In this document: one piece after another, positions 6,703-15,000 of the stretch
How the letters are laid out: the number at the start of each line of letters is the position of its first letter
How positions within the stretch are numbered: the stretch's first letter is position 1
Source: a virus
Lineage: Duplodnaviria > Caudoviricetes
Length of the DNA: 38,913 bases
IMG/VR virus record: IMGVR_UViG_3300033407_000059
Location: 1 to 38,913 of that record
Direction: 5' to 3' (one strand)
Program-made: the position numbers and the translations under genes
Notes under the pieces: model-generated
Database searches by the model: none
What the model was told of the DNA's origin: nothing
Seen by the model: only the letters and a program-made list of their open reading frames with translations

Positions 6703-7347
6703 TCATCGTTTCTGATGACCGTCTGCTGTCTTGTTCATTGTAGCACAGACACGGAAGGCGATACGACCGCACGAAGTACACTTTTTATCCACAGCGATGT
6801 TAGCGTGGCAACAAGCGGACACTTCTTTCGGCATGGTGTTCAAGCGGCCGACCTTGAACGGAACTTTTTTGCCTTCCTCGTTACGAATCTTCACGACCTT
6901 ACCGTCAACAACTTCCCAATCGAAAACGGTCTCAAACTCCGGGTGTTTTCGGTAAAACTCCCTGATGTGCAAAGTTCGATCGTCGTGACGTTGCACGACG
7001 TTTCTATAGGTCAATACACGAGCTGGTACTTCTGTTATGCCTCTCAAAAATCTACTGCCCAAGGATGTAAGCAACCAATAACCTGTTGCCCTATTTCCTG
7101 CTTCGTCTTTTGCCTTTGCCACTAATGCAAAAAATCGAAGGTGGGTAAAGTTGTTCCATTCGTGTTCAGTGAGCTTGTTTTCTCCGTTGAGGTCTTTCAA
7201 AAGGTGCAGGTGGTTTCTCCCCTTTTCATTGACAGCTCGAGAAAACTTCAGAAGACAACGAACAATACCCGGAGACAGTGTATGCCAATATGCGACCATA
7301 TTAGCTCCACAATTCTGGCAGAGTGATTTTACTTTTTCATTTTTCAT
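6703..7347 (-). CDS. Phage hypothetical protein (Zn-knuckle plus wHTH-like)
   Basis: CQNCG N-terminus, GYWLLTSLGSRFL wing-like motif, C-terminal CC..CTSCG; start at MKNEK gives an ATGA overlap. Confidence 0.75.
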   Translation of the reverse strand: MKNEKVKSLCQNCGANMVAYWHTLSPGIVRCLLKFSRAVNEKGRNHLHLLKDLNGENKLTEHEWNNFTHLRFFALVAKAKDEAGNRATGYWLLTSLGSRFLRGITEVPARVLTYRNVVQRHDDRTLHIREFYRKHPEFETVFDWEVVDGKVVKIRNEEGKKVPFKVGRLNTMPKEVSACCHANIAVDKKCTSCGRIAFRVCATMNKTADGHQKR

Positions 7348-7646
7348 GTTTCTTGTGTTGGATAATACGTTGTGCTCGCGTCGCCCGGATCGCCAACGCA
7401 GGTGAACCACTTGAGTTTCCACCGTCCTCCGACGTTCTCCCAGCCGATGCGGGCCTTGTTGTCATCCGGCACCGCTCCCCTGCACTCCCGCTCTCCGTAC
7501 GGCACCTCGATCGTCTCAAGGTCGAACGGAAGCGAGGGGATGATGATCTCCGGCTTCTTCTTCTCACTTTTGTACCCGACGAACGAGAACAAACCAAGCA
7601 TGGCGAGAAAAAACAGTAGGATGATGACGAGTCGGCTATTGCTCAT
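7344..7646 (-). CDS. Membrane-anchored hypothetical protein
   Basis: N-terminal hydrophobic helix LVIILLFFLAMLGLFSFVGY. Confidence 0.7.
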   Translation of the reverse strand: MSNSRLVIILLFFLAMLGLFSFVGYKSEKKKPEIIIPSLPFDLETIEVPYGERECRGAVPDDNKARIGWENVGGRWKLKWFTCVGDPGDASTTYYPTQET

Positions 7647-7881
7647 TGGCGGGACGGTTTTTTTGGTAGTGCGTTGTTACCATGTCGCCGAGCAGCTTCA
7701 AGAGCGTACCCTGCAAATCGCCGATGACGATGTTGATGTTCGTTTGCAATTCCTCGCGGAACGCGTGCTTGGCAACGCTCGGCTCTGTTTTGTACGGATC
7801 ATTCCAGTTCAGCTCAACCGTTATTTCCGCCGATACCTTCGGCACACGACGATCGTTCGTGACCAAGTTTTCTTCGGTCAT
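7636..7881 (-). CDS. Hypothetical protein, 81 aa
   Basis: Start MTEEN gives an ATGA overlap with the nuclease gene. Confidence 0.65.
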   Translation of the reverse strand: MTEENLVTNDRRVPKVSAEITVELNWNDPYKTEPSVAKHAFREELQTNINIVIGDLQGTLLKLLGDMVTTHYQKNRPANEQ

Positions 7882-8699
7882 GTGTTCTCCTTCCTCCAAA
7901 TCTCCTGCAATTCTTTCTCGCGCTTCGCTACGGCGTGCAGGCCGAGGAACGCTTTGAAGTCCTTTTTGTGGTCGGCGGGCGTGTACAACTTCGTCTCAAA
8001 GAGCGGGCCGCCCTTCGCTTCTTTCGAGAACCGAACGACAAGCGCGCCGTCGAGCGTTTCACCCGTCTGCTCCTCCCACGCTCCCCAGTACCCCGACTTC
8101 TGGTAGCTGTGCTCGTTGTAAAAACCGTTCGAGGTCTTGTAATCAACGAGCACTCGTTTGCCATTGACGACTGCGATACAGTCGAAGAACCCGGCGTAGT
8201 GATGCTTTTTCGAGTACACGATGTTCTCGACTTCAAGAAACTCGATGTGGTTGTCGTTGTACCATTCGAGGAACGCGGTAATGGCGGTGTGCACTTCGGG
8301 GAATTGTTCGGCATTCGGTAGTTCAGGCGTGTCCCCGCCCTTGATTTTGGCGAGCGAGAACAATTCCGCGAACTCGTGTGCCTTGTCGCCGATACTTGCC
8401 GCTTCCAGCTTCTTCACGTCATGCTGCCGGGCCGCCTCGTCAATGATCGGGTACAGTTCTTCGACGGTGAACTTCTCCCCCGTGCGCTCCTCGATCTTCG
8501 AGCGCAGGTAGCCGAAGTCGGTGCGAATGGCCCAAATAATGAGCTGCCGCGACTTGTCGAGCTTGCCCGTGATCGAGGTGACGGATGGCACCGTACCCGG
8601 CATATCGAGACGCTTGAAACTGTGGTACGGGTGCGACTTGAACAGAATCTCGATCGCGTCGCCGTACAGCTTTCGGTTGATGGTCGTTGCGCGTAACAT
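7878..8699 (-). CDS. PD-(D/E)XK exonuclease (RecB/Cas4-like phage recombination nuclease)
   Basis: PSVTSI, G-x-x-AH, E..YAGFFD..VDYKTS..Q..GY motifs; adjacent to the Sak4-like ATPase. Confidence 0.85.
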   Translation of the reverse strand: MLRATTINRKLYGDAIEILFKSHPYHSFKRLDMPGTVPSVTSITGKLDKSRQLIIWAIRTDFGYLRSKIEERTGEKFTVEELYPIIDEAARQHDVKKLEAASIGDKAHEFAELFSLAKIKGGDTPELPNAEQFPEVHTAITAFLEWYNDNHIEFLEVENIVYSKKHHYAGFFDCIAVVNGKRVLVDYKTSNGFYNEHSYQKSGYWGAWEEQTGETLDGALVVRFSKEAKGGPLFETKLYTPADHKKDFKAFLGLHAVAKREKELQEIWRKENT

Positions 8700-8701
8700 G
8701 G

Positions 8702-9772
8702 CTATGCGATTGTCTGTTGACCCTTGCCGTTCTTCTTCTTCGCTCCAAGTGCGGCAAGCACTTCGGCGAAGAGTGTGGATGCCTTTGCAACGGTGTCGGG
8801 GTAGCCGCCGAGCTTCTCGGTGTCAACGCCGATTGCTTCCGCGGCAAGCAACAGGTCGTCTTCGCGTGTAATATCGAGCCGACCGCGCGTTTTATCGTTC
8901 ATGCCTTCGATGTCTTCCGGCGCGCGCGGTTTCTTTGGCTCCTCGATTTTGGGAGCGTCCGCGCCCGGCTTCTGTTCATCTTCCTTTTTCGGTTCCTGCT
9001 TTGCCCCTCCTTCGGCCTCCGGCTTCGCTGGCTCCTCTTTTTTGACCTTCTTCTTCGTCCACTTGAAGTCGCCGGTGCCTTGCGCGGCCTGAATGATGAG
9101 CGAGAAGTCGGGAGGGATGATGTTGCCGAGTTGACCCGTGCGGTCTTTCGCAACGAACCGATCACTGTCCGGCTCGACCTGAATGACGCGCTTGCTTTCT
9201 TCGCTGTCGGCCGTCTTCATCGTGGTCATGTAGCCAACGATGTCCACCATGTTCACGAGTTCTTCGGAAAGTTTGGTAGCGACGAGCGGACGCTTGACGA
9301 TCTTCCCGTCGTCGTCCTTCTCCTGCACGTGCGCGATGATGATGACGTGCTTGCCGGTATCTCGGATGATTTTCAAAGAATCCCGCAACGTCTTCTTGAG
9401 CCAGCCCCAGCCGGCCATCGTCGGGGAGCCGTCTTTTTGCACGAGCTTCGAGTCGGCTTTGTTGATCATGTGCTGCGTCAGCTTCTCCATGAGTTCGCCG
9501 ATCGGGTCAATGATGACCGTCTCGTACTCGTTTTTCTCTTTGATGACTTTGTGCAGTTCGACAAAATCCATCCACGAGCGGATGCGCGCGATCGGGATGG
9601 CTTTGATGCCCCGCAGGCCGAAATACTTGGCGCCGTTCTCGCAGTCGGCGAGGATCGGCTTTGGGGCCGTTGAGGCGAATGTGGTCTTGCCGACGCCGCC
9701 GGAGCCGTAGACGAGCATCACGACGGATGGTTGGTACTGTTCGCTGTCGCTGTTCACAATTTCGAGTGTCAT
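8702..9772 (-). CDS. AAA_24 / Sak4-like single-strand annealing ATPase
   Basis: Walker A YGSGGVGKTT, DCENG, Walker B VIIDP, IIAH, VDIVGYM, AKDR. Confidence 0.9.
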   Translation of the reverse strand: MTLEIVNSDSEQYQPSVVMLVYGSGGVGKTTFASTAPKPILADCENGAKYFGLRGIKAIPIARIRSWMDFVELHKVIKEKNEYETVIIDPIGELMEKLTQHMINKADSKLVQKDGSPTMAGWGWLKKTLRDSLKIIRDTGKHVIIIAHVQEKDDDGKIVKRPLVATKLSEELVNMVDIVGYMTTMKTADSEESKRVIQVEPDSDRFVAKDRTGQLGNIIPPDFSLIIQAAQGTGDFKWTKKKVKKEEPAKPEAEGGAKQEPKKEDEQKPGADAPKIEEPKKPRAPEDIEGMNDKTRGRLDITREDDLLLAAEAIGVDTEKLGGYPDTVAKASTLFAEVLAALGAKKKNGKGQQTIA

Positions 9773-9795
9773 GTGACGATTTTTCCTTTCGTGGT

Positions 9796-9927
9796 TTACT
9801 GGTCGGTCTTCCGCTTCTTCGACCAGCGTTTTTGAATAAGTTTGCGGAAGTGCTTACGGCCGTACTTTTTGAGGGTCTTTTGGCCGCCCTTCGACCCCAG
9901 TTTCTGTGCTTCCTCGTCTTTCTTCAT
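9796..9927 (-). CDS. KGG-motif basic peptide, 43 aa
   Basis: Manual translation MKKDEEAQKLGSKGGQKTLKKYGRKHFRKLIQKRWSKKRKTDQ; ATGA overlap with the upstream gene. Confidence 0.7.
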   Translation of the reverse strand: MKKDEEAQKLGSKGGQKTLKKYGRKHFRKLIQKRWSKKRKTDQ

Positions 9928-10103
9928 TGTTTGAGCTTACTGATTAGTGAGCGGCCGACGACCATGAAGCCGCGAGGTGTCTCTATAACGACGAACTTCT
10001 CTACCCCCATTTTCCACAGGCGGTTCTTCCATCGGCAGTTTTCGACCGCTCGTTTGCGCGTCGTCCAATACGTGCCGAGTAATACAACCGCTCGTTTTTC
10101 CAT
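9924..10103 (-). CDS. Hypothetical protein, 59 aa
   Basis: MEKRAVVLLG... starts 1 nt after the upstream stop and is ATGA-coupled downstream. Confidence 0.6.
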   Translation of the reverse strand: MEKRAVVLLGTYWTTRKRAVENCRWKNRLWKMGVEKFVVIETPRGFMVVGRSLISKLKQ

Positions 10104-10104
10104 T

Positions 10105-10386
10105 CTACTTGTTCTCGTGGAACGACGCAATGGCGATGCTGTGGGTAAACCAGTCCTTCTTTTTGTCGGCGAACACCGGGAACTTCCCGATTGCCAACTC
10201 CGGATCTTTCCAAAAGTCGGCAAAGAACACGTCCATTTGCCCGGCAATGGGCCGTGACGCAAAGCCGACCAGTTTGTACGGCTTTCCCTTCCAAAACTCC
10301 TGCCGACCAATGAACCCTTCCTCGTCCACGTGGAACGGGTACGGAAGATCGGCTCCTGTCTGCACTGGCTGAATCGTGATGGTCAT
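10105..10386 (-). CDS. Hypothetical protein, 93 aa
   Basis: Start MTITIQP is ATGA-coupled to the 3D-domain gene; aromatic-rich globular sequence. Confidence 0.65.
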   Translation of the reverse strand: MTITIQPVQTGADLPYPFHVDEEGFIGRQEFWKGKPYKLVGFASRPIAGQMDVFFADFWKDPELAIGKFPVFADKKKDWFTHSIAIASFHENK

Positions 10387-10964
10387 TTGACGATTTTTAC
10401 GTTGATAATCTTCCTGCCCCACTGCCGCGCCGCTTCGACTTGATCGGCGGGCATGGCGATGTCGTAGCGATGGGTGTACCGGCCGTTCGTCCGGTCAACC
10501 ACGGTGTACACTTCGCCCTCGATCTCGACCTTTGTTCCGAACGGCAGCTCGTTGGTTGAGACGTAACGCTCGCCGCGCGCAAGCCCCTCACAAATGTTCG
10601 TCCCGTTCGCGGTGCGGCACGGATCGCCGTCGGTCTGCTCCGGCACGGGGTTGTATGCCGAGACCAGCCGCCACCGGGCCTGCTCCTCATCCGGGCACAC
10701 GACACTCTCCAAACCGCAGGGGTCGGCTAGATACCCCGTTTTTGCCACTTTTTCGTGGCGTAGCGTGAGGTTGATGGCAGAAACCGTGTCTGATGCCTCC
10801 CGGATGGCAAACACGCACCAGAGGGCAAATATGGCCGCTAGGAGCGAAACTGCGGAAAGTGACCATTTTGAGGTGTATCGGTTGGGGAGCAACCCGATGG
10901 CCCGAACTTGTACACGCTCTTCGATCGGCATTGGCGAAAAGAAACTTTTTTTTGTTGTGTTCAT
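10383..10964 (-). CDS. Membrane-anchored 3D-domain protein (MltA-like, peptidoglycan-related)
   Basis: N-terminal TM; SAYN..QTD..PC.TANG..LPFGTKV..VVDR..DI..A.QWGRK is the 3D-domain pattern. Confidence 0.85.
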   Translation of the reverse strand: MNTTKKSFFSPMPIEERVQVRAIGLLPNRYTSKWSLSAVSLLAAIFALWCVFAIREASDTVSAINLTLRHEKVAKTGYLADPCGLESVVCPDEEQARWRLVSAYNPVPEQTDGDPCRTANGTNICEGLARGERYVSTNELPFGTKVEIEGEVYTVVDRTNGRYTHRYDIAMPADQVEAARQWGRKIINVKIVK

Positions 10965-11179
10965 TTTTTTTCTAATAGTGATCGTAGTAAACGTTCGTCT
11001 TCTCCGGTGATGGTCTTGTGCTCATTGCGATGGTTGTACCCCGTAATGACGATGTAGCGTTCTACCCCCCCCCAGCACGAATGCCGTAGTTTGGCATGGC
11101 TGCCTCCTCGTATGTTGATGAGCTGGAACCCGGCACGGTACAGAATGGAAAGAGCATCACGAACCTTGATACGTAGCAT
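10961..11179 (-). CDS. hicA: HicA/YcfA-like mRNA interferase
   Basis: 72 aa; KVRDALSILYRAGF...RGGSHAKLRH has the HicA helix-GF-GSH signature. Confidence 0.7.
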   Translation of the reverse strand: MLRIKVRDALSILYRAGFQLINIRGGSHAKLRHSCWGGVERYIVITGYNHRNEHKTITGEDERLLRSLLEKK

Positions 11180-11191
11180 GGTGGTGGTTTT

Positions 11192-11359
11192 TTATTCTTC
11201 TTTGACTTCTCCGTAATGGACTGGATGAACCGGCAAATGAGAGGTCTTTTTTTCAATGTGTTCGTTGCAGTAAAACTTTCCGTGCTTCGTCGCTGCAATC
11301 TCCCCGTTCAGCATCCGCCCGCAGTTTTTTTCTCGGCACACTACTATGGTTACACTCAT
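11192..11359 (-). CDS. Small Zn-finger protein, 55 aa (first early gene)
   Basis: Manual translation MSVTIVVCREKNCGRMLNGEIAATKHGKFYCNEHIEKK...; C-x4-C...YC-x2-H; accaccATG context. Confidence 0.65.
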   Translation of the reverse strand: MSVTIVVCREKNCGRMLNGEIAATKHGKFYCNEHIEKKTSHLPVHPVHYGEVKEE

Positions 11360-11491
11360 GGTGGTCGTGTCAGTGAGTAATAAGGTTTCTCGTTCCGCTT
11401 GACCGTGGTGCTGCCGGCGCGGTGCGAATATCGCACATTTTCCAACTCCGTCAGCTCACCAATGTTGAAGATCGAGAAGCTCAACAACTCC

Positions 11492-11520
11492 ATTGTAGCA
11501 TGGGTGAGGAAATAATACAA
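11492..11520 (-). promoter_or_regulatory. Sigma70-type early promoter
   Basis: TTGTAT (11520-11515), 17-bp spacer, TGc-TACAAT (11497-11492); at the late/early module boundary. Confidence 0.7.
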
Positions 11521-11546
11521 GCGCCCGTATTTACAGGCGCTCGTAT
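11515..11546 (-). terminator. 15-bp inverted repeat: late-operon terminator and/or operator overlapping the -35
   Basis: Minus strand ATACGAGCGCCTGTA-AA-TACGGGCGCTTGTAT then TATTT; both mismatches are G:U pairs in minus-strand RNA. Confidence 0.6.
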
Positions 11547-11559
11547 AACTATCAACTGT

Positions 11560-11568
11560 TTATCCACA
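11560..11568 (+). promoter_or_regulatory. Perfect DnaA box TTATCCACA
   Basis: Exact consensus, intergenic, 40 bp upstream of the early promoter's -35. Confidence 0.45.
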
Positions 11569-11569
11569 A

Positions 11570-11899
11570 CTATTCTCCCGGCTGTTTTTCGATCGGTGCG
11601 CCCTCCGAGGTCGCGTCTGATGCTCCTGTTTTCTTCTGTGAACGAACGACACCCATAAAGTCGTTCAAGTAATTGCTGCCGCCGCTGATGACAAGGCCAG
11701 TGACGATATGACCGACGACCGGCGTGACTGCGACGAACCCGAGTGTGGCGAAGAGGTCGAGCTTGTACGCCACGGAAAAGACCACGGACAGCCCAAGCGC
11801 AAACCACTTTGCGTAGGCGGCCATGGATGTCGGTTTGATGAAGTATTCGATGGTTCGCTCCACGAACACCGCTGCGATGAGGAAAGTGAGAAAGTCCAA
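11570..11899 (-). CDS. Putative holin, 109 aa
   Basis: Three hydrophobic segments, TGLVISGGSNYLND motif, charged C-tail; SD GGGGTGAT before TTG at 11899. Confidence 0.75.
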   Translation of the reverse strand: MDFLTFLIAAVFVERTIEYFIKPTSMAAYAKWFALGLSVVFSVAYKLDLFATLGFVAVTPVVGHIVTGLVISGGSNYLNDFMGVVRSQKKTGASDATSEGAPIEKQPGE

Positions 11900-11918
11900 G
11901 TATATCACCCCGCTTTCG

Positions 11919-12041
11919 TTACCAATTCTCCGAGTACCATTGTAGAGCGTTCGGCGCGAAGAGGGAAGCGACAATCACCACCCAAAACCATACCAACAGC
12001 GCGGTGCGAGCGAAGCGAATGATGGCCGGTGCGTTCGTCAT
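11919..12041 (-). CDS. Small single-TM protein, 40 aa
   Basis: Manual translation MTNAPAIIRFARTALLVWFWVVIVASLFAPNALQWYSENW; ATGA overlap with the giant gene's stop. Confidence 0.55.
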   Translation of the reverse strand: MTNAPAIIRFARTALLVWFWVVIVASLFAPNALQWYSENW

Positions 12042-15000
12042 TCTTTCACCTTCTTGATCACTTCGTCGCTGATGACCTTGTACTCCTTCGCATCGGCCAA
12101 CAGTTTCTCAAAGTCGGCCTCGTCCATCACGCCTCGCAATCCCGTCAGGATTTTTACTTTCAGGTCATTTGTTCCAGCGTCAATGAGCGCACTGATTTTC
12201 GGATCGTTCATACCGCGCGCGATGCCAAGGCGGAACTTCCTCTCAAGGTTCGTGGCCCTGCTCTTCTGGCTCTCGTCCATGCTACCGCGCTCGGCCGTGC
12301 CGAGAATGTCGCGCTGGATGTCTTTGACGTACTGGTCTCTCCGTTCGTCGGTCTGGTCACTCTCCTGCCACTTGCCGATGTAGTCGTTGACGATCCGGTT
12401 TTCCGAGATGCGGCGGCGCGCATCGGCGCTGTCTTGCTCGCCGATGATTTGCCGGTACTGCTCAAGCTCGCCGTAATCGGTGACACGGATGAAGCGGCCG
12501 ATCACATTGCTCAACATCGGCGTTTGCAAGAAGCGCTCAAGGCCGGACGACTCACGCGGGGCCGTTTCGCCGGTGTAGAACCGCATGAACACCGAGCCGC
12601 CGAACTGGTTGAACTGCCAGAGCAGGAACGGTTTTGCCGCGTCCCAGCCGCCCGCTTGGTGCTGATCGTCCGTTAGGATGTTTCTGCCACGGAAAAAGTC
12701 GTACGGGTTCTGGCCGGCGAGGAATTGCGCTGCGTTGATCACGGACTCGATGGCCGGTGAGATGCTCGGAATCTGGCCGCCGGTGTAACTCGCAATATCC
12801 GTCAGGTCTTTACCGAGCGACTGCTTATTTTGAAACATCGTCATGGCCTTCCATACAAGGCCACCAATGAGACGGCCTGTTTCGTCCTCGGGAATACGAA
12901 GGTACACCGTCTTGCCGCTTTCCGGGTCTTTTCCGAGCGGCACGATTGAGTAGTTGGTCTTGTCGTACTCCGTTGCTTGCTGCATAAGCTCGCGCGCCCT
13001 ATCACCGAAGAGTCCGTAGAGTGCGGCGAACATGAGCATTTTCGGCGCGACGCTTCGCATCGCCGTCTTCCACCAAAAACCGGAACGCGTGCGCGGATCG
13101 GTTGCGACCTCGATGTCTGCCCGAATGCCTTGAATGATGGCGTTGGAGAACAGGAACAGCTCGTTGGTCGCTGGCGTGATGTGTCCTTTGTCGAGGAAGT
13201 CAGGGCTACCGACTTTTCGGCGGATGAAGCTGCGCGCCTCCTTCGGCGTGAATGGCGTCTTGCGGCCCGCCTCTTCGGCGTCCACCACCAGCTCGTAGAA
13301 CCCGGCGACTTTCGAGATGCTCTCAATCGTGTCACCGAGCTTTTTGATGAACTCAAGAACGCTGAACAATGGGCGCACCACTTTCGGTCGCGGCACTTCC
13401 GTCCCCTCGCTCACGCCCACGCGTTGCATGATGGCGTCAATTTGCTCGTCTTCAATCGAACGGCCGAGGATCATGTCGTTGAAGGTGAACGACAGCACCT
13501 GCTCGCGTTCCATGCGCTTGATCAGTTCCAAGCCCTCACCAGTACCGCCGAAGCCACGGGCCTTTGCGGCTGGCATCGCGCGGGCATACTGTTTCGCCGC
13601 TCGGAAGAGCGACATGTTCGGCACGTTCTTCCAAAACCGCGTGAAGTCGCGGACGAGGTTGAACGACTGGAAGCCAAGGTTGAAGGTGATGAAGAGCGGA
13701 CGGAAAAGCCGACCGTTCAGGAAACGAATACTACCGATGAACACGTTATTTTGTCCGACCGTGTTTCGGTCAACGGTCTGTTTGATGTACGGGTCAACGT
13801 AGAACCCGACCAGTTTTCCATTCTCACGGAACATGATCAACTCTTCGTTTGGCAGGCGCGACTCGACGGGCACCACGGCCTTGCCGGTAAATCGGGTCTT
13901 CGCTTTCTTGATGTCGCCGGGATAATGTTTTGCCAAGAACGCCACAACACCTTTCGTCACGCGGTTGCGCTCGATTGCCTTGATTGTTTCGATCATCTTG
14001 AGCAAGCTGGCGTTCGCCGGGTTCGTGATGTCTTTGAGCGTACCGACTTGCCGGTGCACCTTTGCCGTCACTCCCTCCTCGATGTGCTCAATGACTTGGA
14101 ACGTCACGTACGACGGGTTGGTTTGCATTTGAGCGTACAGTTCTGCGCTGTACAGCCCCTCTTTGAACGCATCCTCGGCGATTTGTTTCATGCCGGTTCG
14201 GAACGCCTGCGCCTGCCGATCCATGAGCGCGTAACGACCAGGCCCCTGTTCTGCTTTGATAGATTCCAAAATCTCTGCCGCGTCCTTCGGACTGATGCCA
14301 CGCGGGTTTGCCAGGTCACTGCGGTCGCCATCCACAATACGTTTCGTAAACATGTACTCGCCAAACTGGTGCCAGTCAATGCTGTTTTCAGTCAGCGTTT
14401 TGTAGACGGGCTGGAAGTGTTGCTCGAACGTGGACTTGATCTTGCCTCCGAGGTAGTTTCGCTCTTCGAGGGCAAAAACCGGGTTGTCATCAGGGTTGAT
14501 GAACGTACCTGCTTTTTTCAGTTTGTTCACCCGCTCGATCATGGTGTAGTTCAACGACACGACCTCATGCTTGAATCGCGAGAAAATGTTTCTGTTACGA
14601 TCCTCTTTCTCACGCATCCGCTTCTCCTGCACGTCACGGGCGGCCATGTCACCCTCGCGGAACATTTGTTGCAAGCCCTCGCGCCGGCGTGCCACGATCG
14701 CCTCACGGTCTCCGGTGAGGAACGATTGCAGGTCGAAGTACGCGGTCTTCACGTCCGGCTTGCGGTCGAGCGACTGGAAAAACGCCTCGTAGAACTTCGG
14801 GGCCATTCGCTGCAACGTGCCGGGGGAGTTGAACAGGACGGACACGGCGTCGGCATACAACTCATCGGCTCCCTTGCGATATTGCAGGTATGTCTCGCTC
14901 GCTTGATCAGAAAGCGGCCGCCAGTAGGTCGAAAGGTTCCACAGTTCGGTGCGAATGTCGCTGTCTTTGATCGAGTTCTCTTGCAGCTTCGCCACCTCTT

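Noticed and set aside
6785-6793. Perfect DnaA box TTATCCACA
   Set aside because: Isolated, inside a CDS (encodes VDK); can occur by chance.
7878-8699. Cas4 / CRISPR system
   Set aside because: No repeat-spacer array or other cas genes, and no four-Cys Fe-S motif; context is a Sak4-linked recombination nuclease.
10322-10337. Second parS-like sequence TCGTCCACGTGGAACG
   Set aside because: Only 13/16, with a broken half-site, and inside a coding region.
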